A stretch of 64,000 bases of DNA from Amphiscolops sp. MND2022 (GCA_964187785.1 OZ076409.1:90770001-90834000); one strand, 5' to 3'; positions 40,601-55,600 are shown, numbered from the stretch's first letter. Translations and numbers: made by a program. Notes: generated by a model from the letters alone, not told the origin.

Positions 40601-43600
40601 CTGCTTATTCGACGTCCACCTTGCGGCAATGGGGAAAATAACTTTCTTCCTTCTCCTTGAGCGAAGCGCCCGCCGGTTTGCGCCGTTCGCGGCTTGTTCA
40701 TCTAACATTACAAAACGGTATTCCAGCTCACATGTTGGGATCTCTAGCACCGAAAATGGCATTGATGTGAAATCACTCATTCCGAGAGTTTTCATAACGA
40801 CAGATAGTGACAAAGTGTTAGAATTTCTGTGATTCGTTCCCGTGAAGGTGGAATTGTCTATATCATTATACTAGAGACTGTTTTGTTGTTGTTAGTTGAA
40901 AATGTATTTGATTTCAGGGTTTAGGGTCTCAAATTTGTTCATCAAAACACAACATTTCAAAATTATGGAGTTCTTGTTCTAAGTTTCAAAATATTTGCAG
41001 CTGTCACTCAAGAAGACGACTTGGACGAAGCTCCAATCCTCGATGCCAATTTGCCAGGTGCTTTCACACCGGCAGCATTCTGGGAAGCCAAGATGTACCC
41101 GTGGTTCGAACCACTCAAAGAAGACGGCTGCATCATTGATTATACCCGTTGTGGGTTCCGAATGTTGCAGGTTATGCAACTGACCTGTCCCATGGTATGT
41201 GGAGACAACGAAACCCACCCTCTCTACTCAATGTCGCTGGACCCTTCAAACAGCATATTGAACAGCATTGATGACGAAGTCAGCATGCCTGGTGTCGCCA
41301 AGATGTGCACGATGAAGATGGAGAACATGCTGACCGAAGCGGGGGTCAACACTGGTATAATTCTGGCTGACGCCGGACTCACGTCCCCAATTGTTGACCT
41401 AAGGGTTTATGATGGCGTGTACCTGGAACTTCTAACCGGAACCCAGTATTGCATGAAAGTCGTAGACGAAGATGTTGATAAAACTGCCGTGGTGTCTCTG
41501 TATCAGTTCAACCTGGAAGACACCAAACCCATCATGGTTTCTCTTCCTTTCGACGAGATGGCTACTTGCGAATATTTCCTCAAAAAGGTCTCTTGTCAAT
41601 GGGCTGCCGTCGATCAGTGTGTGTACAATTTGTGAACAAAATCGTTTGCGTGAGAGACAGTGATGTAAGGGTGTCAGAATGATAAGCGCTGTGTTTTGAT
41701 TACAATTTGCTATTTTACCAAAAAACGTGTAGTTTTTTTAAAAATTCCACCATTTCGATAAACCATTCAGTGTTTCTCGAATTTTCTTCGAAAACCCATA
41801 ATCTTTTTCAAAACAAACCAAAAAACTCGGATTTTCAAAATTCCGCCGTATCAGCCGAGTTTTACAAACTCATCCAAAAGTGGTGCTTTTTTCATCTAAC
41901 TCTGAGAAAACTTCACCTTTCAATTCTTTACATGAATTTACTGATGCTATTTGAGAAACAATTCGGTTTAATGATGACACTCCTTACTGAGAAGCAACTG
42001 TTCGTGAAAAACAAGATCCCTGAACCAATTTTGACATGCGAAATATTCATACAAATGTACCTGAATTTGCTACCTGAATTTGATAATATGTGAGCTGAGA
42101 GATCTGTACTGATTATGACAAATTCAGGTTTGATTTGTATTCATTATTGAAGTAATATTGCATCCTGCAAAAGGTACAATGTTTAGAACTGTGAATGTTT
42201 AGCAAATTAGCACCGCGGTTCAGGACATAGTCTCGCTCCTTTGGGCATGATATTCTCAGTGCAAGAAGTATAGTAGCAAAAAGTGAACAAAAGGAAGTCA
42301 CTCAGTATAGCAGTTTTACTTTTCGAAGGAAAACCAATCACTTTTCTCAATGTAAGTTCTCAATCATCATTCATGGCGTACTTTAACATGCCTTGGACAG
42401 AGGAGAAATCTCATGAAAATGCCATGCAATGATATAACGCAAAGAAAGGCGAAGATCATCCACATGGTTCTACATGAAAAATGTTACGTAAGGTTGGGCG
42501 GTACTTCGTCCGAAGCGACAATTCGTACCACTTTTCAAAAAGTGACAATTCGTCCCAGATTGTTTATTTGATCAGCTAATTAACAACATTTTCAAGATTC
42601 AAATCAAACAAGACGCCCGCTGAGCACCGGGATATTTTCCGCCCTTTTCGCTTTCACCGACTAAGCCATAGCTATTTTGGGAGGGGGGAATAGGATCTAA
42701 AGAATAAGATCTGAAATTTAGTGATTTTAGATCTTATTCCCTTCAGATCTTATTCCCGTCCTGAAATTTTAGATCTTATTCCCTTTAGATCTAATTCCCT
42801 TTTTAACTTTAGATATTATTCCCCTTCTAAGCTAGCTTTTAGCTTCCAAGCTAGCGTCTCCCCCTCTGAGCGATAGAGGAGATAGTCAAGTGGATGGATA
42901 GTCAAGTGGAGTTTTGGCAGAATTTGTAAAAAAAAAAACGCATCACAGATCATGATTTCCTCCCCTATTTATAAAATGTGTGGTCGGAAAATAACAATGT
43001 ATAAATAAGGTTAATTGTTGTTATCTGCCTCTGTATGAAATATTTCCGGATTCGGTATTACAAAGGTATCAATTGGAAATTAAATTGGGGACGAATTGCA
43101 GCTTTTAATAATTGGGACGGAATGTCGCTTTTTGGAATTTGAGATGAATTGTCACTTTACAGTTATGTAATGAGTGATATTCTCTCAACAAGCCATCACA
43201 GACAACCTGGATATCAGAAAACGACCCAGTATTGATGGCATGAAGTTAACGTATTCTACAGGAACACGAAACACCACAATATAAATAGAAAATTAAGTTG
43301 GCAATCCAGTCGATTTCCGTGGACAAACAATGTTGCAATAAGATAGTAACAAAACATCAAATTCTAGAAGAAATGCATCCCGGTAAAATAGATTCCAGTC
43401 ACGCACCGTAATCAGTTTGTTCCGTAAAATTGTCAAGTCCCAAGACATATTTGTCCCACGAGCGACTGAAAAGATTTTCCGAATTTAATTCAAATTGAAA
43501 CAAAATGGCAATTCGCACTGCGATATTTTTTCCATAAACTCTGCTTGAGGATACGCCTTTAGGACAGAATATCGGAATATTTAAGAACCACCAGAATAGC

Positions 43601-46600
43601 ATTTTTAGTCGGCACCATTCTTTAGAAAAGAGCGACTATAGATAGTCATGGCTTATACTCAGTTTTTTTTTCGATACAGCTGAACTGTTCGAAATAGTTC
43701 TGGCAAAAATTCTTCAATTTTGCAAAAATAGTCAGTCACTTGGCCTATTGGTTAACGCCGAAATCCCGCGGTCTAAGAAGCAGGGGTACTCGGGTTCGAG
43801 TCTCGCACTGAACCATGTTCGCTTTAGAGTTTTAAATCCAAACTTAAACTCTCTCCCTCAATTTTCAGCAGAAACAACAACGTTTTGCAAGCATAAATGG
43901 CCACTTTTAGAACTATGCGACTCACTGAAGTAAAGTTCCACAATTTTCGGTTTTTCGAGGTTTTCTGTGAGAGAAACATGTTTCCTGAATTTTGAGAAAG
44001 GCCTCTTTGTTACTTTTTGATCCTGTGGAACTGTTGAGTTTTCTTAATGTTGAGAAAAATACCTTTTCAGCTTTCTGCGGCTATGTCTTGTTTCCAATAC
44101 TTTTATTTGGTCGATGGGTACCACCTCGCTTTCATAGCTGATTTTAATATCATAGCTTGAGAAAAAGTGGTTTTGCAAGTTGACACCGATACCGGCAATA
44201 AGAGACCTTTCTGAAAAAAATTGATACGCAAAAATTGATTTTTATGACAACACTTCAGGTTGGTTAACACGTGTTTTCCCAGACTTTTGCGCAACCACTG
44301 GTGTATTTTTTGGCACTGAGATTTTGGTGAAAGTTTGAAAAACGTATCTTTTGCACATTTAAGAAAAAGGAGCGACTGCCGGCTTTGACAGGTTTCCGTT
44401 TGTTTGTACTTGGATATTTTGTCGGAAAAAAGATTTTTCATCAAGTCTCATTCTTTTGAACGCTATTTCGCTGACATGAATGAATTATCACAAACTTCCT
44501 GAAAACTTCCATTAGTTTCAAAACATGGAGCGTCGTGTCATGGATCCTCATGGCTTAATCATCAGTTCGAAGTCATGATCACGGAAGAATGTTACGACTT
44601 ACTAACGGAGTGTTTTTTGGAACAGTCGTTTTAATTCCTAAAGGAGTTTATGTAGGAGCAAGGAAAGCCAGAATAGGAATCTCCAGATTTTGAAGATCTA
44701 GTGTTATCTTTGCAGATGGATCTATCTTCTTTAGCCTGTCTTTTCATCGATTTTCGGCTAGTATTTGTGTTCGAGCAGACACAATTTCCTGCCAGAGGGA
44801 CGTTTTGACATCGTATTTAATTATGACACAACAATAAAACAGTAATAAGGGCACTAGTATTTACAAACCAACATATTTATACTTTTCTAGCATTATCTGT
44901 AACCTCACCTAAGAAGTTCTTGGAATCAGAAAAATTGCACTTGTTCAACCTGAACCTTCGTTGAATCTTATTTTTTCAATCCGACGTCTGAAATCCAGGT
45001 AAAAGAATTGCTAGTTGCGTCAACCATGCACCATACTTGTTGAAAAAGAATTCATTCTACGTGAAACTAGCGGTGGAATTGAAGCCCGTTTGAATTCTGA
45101 CAATGAAGGCACGCTAAGTTTGAACAATAACTCAATTTTCAACAAGAAAGTGGAAAAACTGGCATGAAAATGGTGACATGCAAAAATAGGTAACCCGACT
45201 GACATAAAAAGAATCCCGTTTAAATGGGAAAAAAAGATAAGTGATAATAGAGAGGAAAAATGAAACTAGGAGATGATACTTTTGGCCAAGAACATGCTCG
45301 GAAAAGTACAAACATACTCAAATTGATGTACCTTCATTGTGACTAAATACACATTACAACGATATGCATAGTTCTTTTAGATGGAAACGCGTTAACTAAA
45401 ATCACAACGAAGGGGTTACGGCCAAAAAAAGTGAACTCGCATTTTTAAAGCAACATTTTGCATAGCAATTTAAAGAAACGATGATTTATGGTTTTAACAA
45501 ACAAAATAGTATTTGAAAATTGAAAGTTTTCAGATAATACTAGCCACATATTTGCTTGTCGTTAGCTACTGTTGACGTTTACTTTACGTCACACCATTAT
45601 TCTAGTGTGATATGGAAGCTTCAAAAGTAGTATATTGGATAACATAGAACAGTTCATATGAAACTCAGAGTTAAAACTCTCATGTCGCGAATTGTCAACG
45701 TGTTTTCCAAACAACTGTGTAGTTTAGATAGAAATGGGAATCATACAGCACTTTGAAAAAAATCTTGATGAACTAAGAGTAATTACACGTCTTGTCATAG
45801 AACACAGCTTTCTTGAGAGTCCTCAACAAGCAATAAACTATTCTACATAATACCTCATAAACTTCATTGATGCTCATGAAGAATTTCTTTTAAATGGAAA
45901 AAGGTAGCTCGCCAGGTGGTGAGCCAACCATCAAATGCAACGTAGCGTCATCGTGTGTATTATGATTAGCTATAGGTGACCGAAAGCTGACAGAGACATT
46001 ACGTCAGGCGTCGGAAATTATTCCAATTCTCTTACTGGTGCTGTCAAAAAAAACCATTGCTATTGGTTTCAGCATAACTGCGCCGTTCTTGCATGTATGG
46101 AAAGGTATTTAAGGTCAACCCGAGTGATCACCCTAATTTATATTTTTGCTCCAGTCTTGTTCACCAGGCTGACGTGAACCCGCCATTCTTGAGGTCCTCT
46201 TATGAAATTTTCAAGTGTACCGTTTTTTGCTGGTCACCCTGTAACATCGAACATCGAAGTCTAAATCACCAATATTCTTGCTGAATAATTTTGAGTATGG
46301 TTCTTTCATCAAAAGGATAACCAGGTATAAAGTTTGTTGCGATTTCATTCCCAGATGTTTCCATCATCAAATCATGCAAAATTCAGCTTTTTGTATTTTC
46401 ACTATTGGCGAATTCCCTGCATTTATTTCTCTATGATGATAATCTCTGCTAGATGCTGCCGTGTTAACAGCGCCACTAGACAAACACTGCCAAACGAAAC
46501 CAGATAAAAACTAAAAAACTAATTTTGACTTAATTTGTAGTCACTTGGATGCGAAATTATAATGGCACCGTTGAAATGCGCAGTTAGACGTTTTTCAAAA

Positions 46601-49600
46601 TATTAGTTGGAATGAACGAAGAAAACAACACTACTGGAGAAAAAAGTTACTTTTATGGGTTCAAAATCCAAATCCCAATTGAAAAAGGCTTTTCGAGTTG
46701 GTTTAGCTTAATTTTTTTTGCCTAGATAGAAAGCGTGATAAACTCAGTTTGATACGTTTTGAAGAGAAAGTAGAAAAAATGTTGCAGTATTGAAAAAAAA
46801 GCAACGACGGACCATTAAACCAGAATTGTGGTTACACCTATTATCGAATTCTGAATTGAATTGCTGAAGTAGTTTAAATTTCCACTTTGAAGGCGTTGCG
46901 GTTGTTCTTCGCAATAACAATAAAACGCAAAATAAGCGAGCGATTCAGTGAGATATACTCGACGTAAGCTGCGTTTCACTAAAGAGGAGGTCGAAGATTC
47001 GAAAAGTTTGCGTTGTATCAACTTTTTTGACGCTATATCCTTACTACTATGCATTCTACTAAATATGAGGCCAAGGTTCGAAAAAAACCGCTCCCATTTG
47101 TATCGGAGCGCTATATCCATTCATTTGACGTTACATCCGTGACGTAAATTGTGTGTTTGAAAGCAGGAAGCGGAGGCTCGAAAATATTGCGCTATATCCT
47201 AACTCTATTGCGTTTTCCTAAGGAGGAAGCCGAGGTTCAAAAAAAATGTTCAATGTGGCCTAGCAGGTTATGTCCGAACTTTGAAGCGTTTTGCGAGCAC
47301 GAAAGTTACTTTTAGGTGGTTCGAAATTTTTTGTAAGTTTTTCATGAACAAAAGTCCTGCGCATCTCAATAAAGTGTTGCGGTTTTTGAGCCTTGAGTGT
47401 AGCGTCGACTTGAGACGTTCCCTTCTTGTTTCTTCTTTGACCCAGAAACCTTCAAAAAGTCACTGAAGAGAGCAAAATTGAATTTTCACAATGAGACAAA
47501 TAATGTATAGACTGATTTATCCATTGATCTTCCAACTGACGAAGAACTTCAAACAATGACTTATTGGTTCAAAGCGATCAGTTTTACACTTCAAACAAAT
47601 ATAATTGAAAAGATGTAAATGCGGATTGCCGGAATTATGAAAACTCTAGTCGGCTGTGATACGATTCACTTCAGCAAATTTAACGATGCCTTCTTTTATT
47701 GCATGCATGCATGAGGTGGGTGACTGTGATGAAGCTTCCGCAAAAGTCAAATATAGTTTTGGCAAGGCAGTTGAGCACGACTGCCTGCTGTTTTTAGTCG
47801 GCGCATTTTCCTTTAAGCAAAAAAGCCCGACTGTTACAGTGGCCAGTTTTTTTTCTTTTTTCTTTTTTTTTTCGTAAGACCACAGAGCTCATCGCGTATG
47901 TACCACTTTTTACAGAAACTGATAAGTTCACTCAGGCCAAGTTCGACCAATGCAAACTTACTGCAAAGGGTCCCCTTTCGTTTTTTACCTTTTTTACATA
48001 ACCTACAAAACCGGAAGACTCCAAAGGGTCCCCCCTTTAATTTTTTTTCGGCACTGTGCGATTTTTTTTCGAAAATTTTAAATGTCTCAAAAGAGTCCCC
48101 CTTTCGAATTTTTTGATATTTTGCAACGGAATATATGTTAAAAAAGCCCAAATGTTCCCCCTTTTCATTTTTCGGCACTATGCGACGTTTTCGAAGTTTT
48201 TTTCAAAAAAATTTTCAATTTTTTTTGTTTCCAGTCGAGTCGGGAAAAGTGATTTTCCAGTTATATCGAGCATCAAAGGCACACTTTGGGTGTCTCGAAA
48301 GTGTTTTCAAAGCTTTTCATGAATACATCCTGAGCATATTTAGAAAACTCTGCGCTTTTTGAGCCTTAGATATAGCGCCGACTTTAGACGTTCCCGTCTT
48401 GTTGCTTTTTGTCTCCATTTGCGAAATAAGAACTTTGGAAAGCACAGTGGAGGACAAGGAAACATGACTTTTTACAGCGAATAAACTTCGACACCGCCCA
48501 GAAGGGACTCAAAAAGAGGTGCTAATCGTATCTTTGATGCAGAGCATTTTATTCTTTTTTAGCTGGACGCTACTGTATGTAACGATTTCTGTAAAAATGA
48601 GTTCAAGCGATCAAAACTTTTTTACACAGGAACCCCCTAGCCAAGCTGCGCATTCTGATTGATTTATTTGCAGTTGTTGTTACGTTCTTGAGGTACTGTG
48701 TACAATTCATCTGACTAACTCTCGGTTACTAATTACCCGTGAAGAAATTCAATTCCCTTTTCTTGGCTATGTTTTCCTTCGTCCTAAAATTAGGTTTAAA
48801 CAGTGGCTCGGCGCGCTATCTCCAAACTTTGGACGTTATATCCGAAGCATGTTGCGTTTCGTTTTTGACGTAGTATTTTTGACGTTGTATCCTACAGACT
48901 TTCAGTTCTTCAGTTCCACTAAAGAGGAGGTCGGGGCTCAAAAAAAAAACGCTTCCATGTGACCCAGCGAGCTAAATCCGAACTTTTTAAGCGTTTTGCA
49001 AGCACGAAAGCCACCCATTGGGTGTTTTGTCATGAACAAAAAATCCCTGAGCATGTAACTTTTCGCTTTTTGAGCCTTAAGTGTAGCGCCGACTTGAACG
49101 TTCCCGTCTTGTTTTATTGGTGACCAAAAAATGATAGGCTATGTAGAACAAAACTCATTTTTCCTGAGTAAAATTGACATAGAATTGTTGGTCTGTTTTA
49201 GATTAAGATTTTGTGACATTTTTATTCGAGTTACAGCGCGCTATGCTTATTATTTTCCGCCCACATATAATGGAGGGGATCATAATCTGTGTTGCGTTTT
49301 TCTTACAAATTCTGCCAAAACGCCACTCTATTACTCCATTTAGTAACACGGCATAATTTAGTAACACGTATTCACTCCATTTAGTAACACACATTTAGTA
49401 TCTTCATCTAGTCACCATGGCGCAGTTGGTAGTGCGCAGTAAGTAGGTCGTCGTGGGTTCGAACCCGTGATGATGCGTTACATTTTAGTGGAAAATATCC
49501 CGGTGCTTAGCGGGCGTCTTGTTGGAATTGTGCAACGTTTCATCGAAAATATGCTTTTTTTTTTAAAAAAAAAGAATTCTCACTGTGGTTTTTATGATGT

Positions 49601-52600
49601 TTTCAGTTTGAAAAAAAATTTAAAGCCCAAAAGGTCCACACTATTTCAAAACCTGTTCCTCAACAATTTCAAGTACTTCGCGCTTTTTGAGCTTCAGAAG
49701 GACTTAAACGGTTCCCAGGTCGTTTTGTCTAATTTTGGATTTCGGACATAAATACTGTTTTAGTTCCATCAATGACATTGAACTTCTCAAACCAAGATCA
49801 AATTACCGTCAAAAGATAAAACATTAGAATTGCAAATTTCTCTGTGGGATGAGAAAGAAGTTATTTAATAATAAACACGCTTCCCATCAGAATCGGTCAT
49901 AAGAAAATCGATAAAGGTTAAACTAGCACAAGAACAAAGTGAAGTCGAAGTGATACCAACAAGATTGTTTGGTTTATCAGCGACTGGACCCAAAATTTTT
50001 ACCCCTGATGCTTGATGAAGCACCTTATCTGTCGTCGAATCATTCTCAAACTCTGTTTAATCTTCAGATGTTTCAAAGCTTGATAAGACTTGGTCCTCAG
50101 TTGTTAATAATTATTTTGGGCCAAATCATTTTTCGTTCAACTTACTTGCAAAGTAGTCTCAGTTGGTTGCAATTTGAGCATACCTGAATGACGGAAATAA
50201 TGAAACTCGTTTTCTTTTTGCCTTTCCTGGTGGCCGCTTTCGCAGCTGGTAAGTTTATTCTATTTACTTGGATGGTACAAAATACATCCGTAAAACCACA
50301 GTTGATTTTGCTGTTGTCTCAAGAGTTTGCATCTTTTTTCATCACTGAAAATATGAAGCGAAACTCGGACAGACATAAGTTAAGAACTCCTCATGAAAAA
50401 GCTTCCAGAAATAACTAAAACTCCTTCAAAATATTGCGCTTATTGAAAGCGAATGAAAAATTACCCTCATCCAACGAAATTAACTTCTTCCGAATTTATC
50501 ACGAAAGGTATTATTTCAAATCTTCGATACAGACATTCTATAACTTGAAGTTACAGTTGCATAGCGAAATATGATGATATCAAAAACATTCACAGCAAAA
50601 TTCATGCAGACCAAAAACAAAACTTTTTTGTTCAATTATTGTCGAGCAAACGTAACATATCTAGGACGTTGCGTTAACTCCATTCATTTTTCAAAAGATT
50701 CCGTCTATTGGTCACAACGTGTGAACAATGGCTTTGTGAGAGAACCGATGAACAATTTCACCGCCAGCTTATACGAGCCATACTTGGCCTCTCTCGAAGG
50801 GCTGGACAAGTGTGGATCGTACACTTTGAAGGAATCCCTGGTCAGAAGAGACGAAGCTATTATCACTCTGGAATGCGATGGCAAAATCAAGTTTGCCCAG
50901 GGCACAATGGACCGTTAGTAGTTATAATTAGAAGTTGATTATAAATTAATGAGTTGAGAGAGGTTCGAACCTGATACCATCCACTACAGATCGAATGCTC
51001 TAATCACCGCACCATGCCCTCCGAATATAGTTCTCCTTCCAAACAATCCTCCATCGAGTTATTTCAAAATCTTGAGATACTAGAGTTTTGAGGGTATGTC
51101 GTCAAAACTGATTGTTAAACAAGCCTTTTTTTGTTTCCTAACACTTATTCGCTACAAAGTGTTTACCAAACCCCCTAATGCCGCATTGCGGCAACTTTGA
51201 TTTCTCGAAGATTTGCCATTCAAATTCTATACCAAGCCTGGTATGGTTGACATACCATGTTGACATACCCTTAATACTTTAAAATCTCAAGATTTTAAAG
51301 TATCTCGACGGAGGATCTTTTGGAAAAAAATATATTCATGGTGTTGGGAGCATGGTGTAGTGGTTAGATCATTCGACCAGTCCTGAACAGTATCAGGTTC
51401 GAATCTCTCTCAACTCACCATAGTGGGGACTTGAGCAAGTCCTTCATCCATAGCCTAGTGATGTGGTCATGACAAAAAATAACGCATTTGGCGGAGAAAA
51501 GTAAAAATAAAAAGAGCAACGATGAGCAGTCAGACCTTTGTGGCCTTGAGCAAGTCAGTCACTTTGAAGGCACATCTTCAAGCCAACCATTGGGCTGCAA
51601 AAGTGGTACCATAGCTTGCTATGGGAGATTTTATGCGAAAAGTGCACCGACTCGGAAAAGCGGAACTGCCTATTCGGCTCCACCCTGTGGTAATGAGGGA
51701 AATTAGCATTGTTCTTTTCTTCTTAGACAGAATATGAATTTCAAAAAAAACGGCAGTGCCAAAAGTTGTCAAAAATGGGGCTGTTTCGGTGCTCTTTCAT
51801 TTATTTGGAAGTAGTCAATGATCAACCCAGGGTTAGAGTTAGACAAAAATTCGCTAGTTTCTTGGAAGCATTTAGAATCATCAATTTTCTTATTCAAAAA
51901 ACCCACCTAGAACCCTGAAGAAGCTGCATAGTCATCAAAATTTTAATGACTTGGTACTAAAACAATGATAGGGACAGAACCCAAAAATATTTATACATCA
52001 TTCAAAACTTCAATGAACTTCTACTCTGAACTATTTAGTTTAATGATTTTTTTTCAGAGGTCAAACGAAGAGAAGACTTGGAATCGGACCCCCCTCTTGA
52101 TGACCCAGAGTTCACAGACGCCTCAGCACACCAGGATAAACTGTTCCCATGGTTCGAGACCATCAAAAGCGAAGGATGCTCTGTCGATTACCTATCTTGC
52201 ACGGTCAAAATGTTGCCCGGCTTTGTTTTCGAGTTTACATGCCCTGAGAAATGCGATGACGATACTACCCACAGATATTTTGACTTTGACGCCTCTAATG
52301 GCGAAAACTCTCTGACGGAACTTCTGGATACCCCGAATCTTCCCGGATCTGAAAAGACTTGCATTGCCCATATGCAGGGCTTATTGGAGACAGCCGATGA
52401 TAACACCAAAATCATTCTGAACAATAAGGGTCTCAAAGCTTCTAACTTGGCCGATCTTTCTGTTTTGACCGGTCATTTTCTAGAGATGACCGCAGGCACT
52501 CAATACTGCTTGCAGGTGCAGGATGCAAACGGAGTAGAAGCATCCATTTCCATCTTCAAGTTCCAAAAAGATGGAACAATTCCAGTCATCGTTGCCGAAC

Positions 52601-55600
52601 CTTTCGCCGACCTGGACGCATGTCTGCTGTTCTTGAAAAAAGTTTCGTGCCAGTGGGCATCTCAATGCACCTATGGGTTCTAATGTCTTGAAAAACGCCG
52701 AAATTGGAACAAAAGCTGACAAATATTCAGAACCTTAGAACGCGGGGTTCCATTTATTTTTGGACCTGATAATAAACTCGAACATGTACTGTTTTCGTCA
52801 TTGTTATAATTGACTACATTTGTATACATTTGTATACTTTGAGGTTGAAGTGAATTGAATGCATAAAGTAATGATTTTTGCCTTTAAAAGCCTCTGACAA
52901 TTTTCAGCTTTTCAAAAGCTCAGAAACTTCAGTGTAGGAAACGCTGTCCAGTTTTGTCAAAACTCAAATATTCAAAGAAAGAAATGTCGAAACCTTTTGG
53001 TGTTTGGTGTTTTTTCGGCACTATGCGACTTACAGAGAAATTTGTTTCCAGAAAAATTTTTCACATAATTTTTGGTTTCTAGAGGTCACGCCTTTCCGAA
53101 ATTTCGAACAAAAATTTATCATGAAAAATTCTAAATTCGGCTTTTGGTGATTTCTTAGTTAAGAAAAACACTTTTAAACCTGAACGTTCCTCCTTGGACG
53201 TTTTCTGTTGCAACAGTTTACGAAAATATCGCAGAGCCACGGCGACTCTTATTTCTTTTTGCTTTTGATTCAGGTGCTTTATGGTTTTTTCTGACACGCA
53301 ACTAAACTTGACCGTCACTTCGGTGCATACCAACTTCACTTAATTTTATAAATTAAATAGTCCCAGCGTTCCAGTTGACCAAATGAAGTGTTTGTGGATC
53401 TAACATGCAAAAAAAGGTAGTCAAACGAGTTACACGGGTGATTTTTTTATTTTAAAAATTCAGTAAAGGAAGCAAAATGTGTACAAAACAATAAACCTAG
53501 TCCTGGAATTTCGGACTTTTGAAAACTAACATTTTAAAATTCATTTCGAGTTAGTGTTAACCAGAATTCCAGAACTCAAATGGTTTCGCTTTTGAAACTT
53601 GCAATCAAATTTGAAGGCACAATAAATTTCATGAAACCTTAGAAATTTTCATCAGATCAAAAGGTCAAATGAATGAGAATTAACATGCCGGGAACGCCCC
53701 AAATTGGCGCCATATCTAAGGCTCAAAAATATTCAAGGAACAACTATTGTGAAATTTTTCAATTATCACACAGTGCCGAAAAATACCCGACAAAGTTTTC
53801 CCCGAGATTCGAAAACAGCTTTTTTTCTGGACTGGAAACATCAGAAAAAAACTAATTTGCCTTTGGAAAACATTAATTTTTTTTCAAAAAAAAGTATTTG
53901 ATAAAAAAGTCACATAATGCCGAAAAACCCAAAAAGAGACAATTTAGGCTCATTAAACGTTTTTTTTACAAACCGAAAACTTCAAAAAGTTCAAGGGGGT
54001 ACCCTTTGATAGAATTCAAAAAATTTCAGAAAAAGATCGCATAGTGCCGAAAAAAATCCAAAAGGGGGCCCTTTGGTCTTCCCTCTACTTTTGAAAGCAT
54101 TCAAAAACTACCCACCTTAAGGGAAAGGGCGCCGACTAAAAACATGTCCAGGTAACTTACCATTCTTGCAGCGTTTTTCCTTCCATTCCCACGGTAGACG
54201 CTGCTTCGAGAAGTGTCTTGAATTGTCTGACAGTGACCGTTTCCGGCAATACGTTTTCTCCGTACATTTCTGAATGGAATACAATCCCCCCTGGCCCCAC
54301 TGCATTGTTCATTAGACTAACTTTCAGCTCGCTTCCAACAGTTTGGCTCACTTGATGCTGGAAGTTTTTTTCCACTTGCCGGAACTCTAAAGGGTTCATG
54401 TCGGAGTATTTGTCCAAACCAAACCAATAGTCATAAAACTGAAACAAAATCAAATAATTTTCACCTAAAATCGACAAAACTTGATGGCAGGGATGTAAAA
54501 AAATACGTTTTAATTGAATATATTGACAACAAATAAATAAAATAAAAGTATTTTTAGTTTTGTACAAAACAATATATTTATTTTTTGGTCCAATATATTA
54601 ATATATTTGTGTTTTCGGCCAACATATTTTGATATTCATTTTAATGTTGGCAAGTATGAAAATAAATGTTAATTTGATTCTTCAGGCAAAATACACGAAA
54701 CTCTGTTCAATTTCTCGGCCAACATTCGGATTTATTTACTAGTCGTGTGGAAAAACCATTTCAGCAAATTTCGTAAAACCATTGATGGTTATAAATGCAA
54801 TCCAAGAGGTGTAGAAAGAAAATATTTGTTCGAACAATATATTTTTCTCTCACACAATATTGGACAATATATTTAATATATTTATTGTTAGCCAGCAAGA
54901 TTAAATATATTTATTTCTTTATATTTATAAAAAATTAAATACTAATTGAATTTATCAGGGTGCACTATAGATAATATTTCATAATTTGCGTACAATATAT
55001 CTTATATATAATCGTAAAGAAATATCAACATAAAAGTATCAACACAAGATTATAATAGCCCCTGAAAAGGCTTCCCATAGTCAGAGAGGCTTTTCGAGCG
55101 GAAACCCTTTGAAACAGTTTTCTTGGTTTTCTTTATATAATTATATATATAATTAGAAATATTTATTTCTTTATATTAAAAATTAATAATAATTATTTCT
55201 TTAAAAATAATGTTCAAAATACAATATTTTGCATATCTCCTTGTAGGGATCAAGGAATGATAAGGAACATCGAAAGTAGTTTTTGAACCAAGTTTTAATC
55301 AAATTTTTCCTGAAATGTCGAAGCAGCATTTTAGAATCGAAAACTAAAGGTCAATAGTTCATATCACGGCATGTTCATTTATCGTCAAAATTTGTGGAAT
55401 GAAATGAATAAATTAAAGTAGTTACCATGAATGTGCATCCATGTTTTGTAGCGAAGGCCTGCACAAACTGCTGTGTATGTGTGAGCAGAACTTCTCTTTC
55501 AACTCGGAAATCTGAAGCAACTTCTCGCTGAGTTTCTTTGTGTTTTTTCGACACTATGCGACTTTCTCTTCTTGATGTTTTAAAAACCGACGCCCCAGTC

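Noticed and set aside
43190..43602. Hydrophobic minus-strand fragments suggestive of a membrane-protein pseudogene
   Set aside because: Multiple stops and frame changes, no diagnostic motif.
49412..49478. tRNA-like sequence with A/B boxes (also ~30525-30610)
   Set aside because: No complete cloverleaf or anticodon arm; most likely SINE heads rather than tRNA genes.
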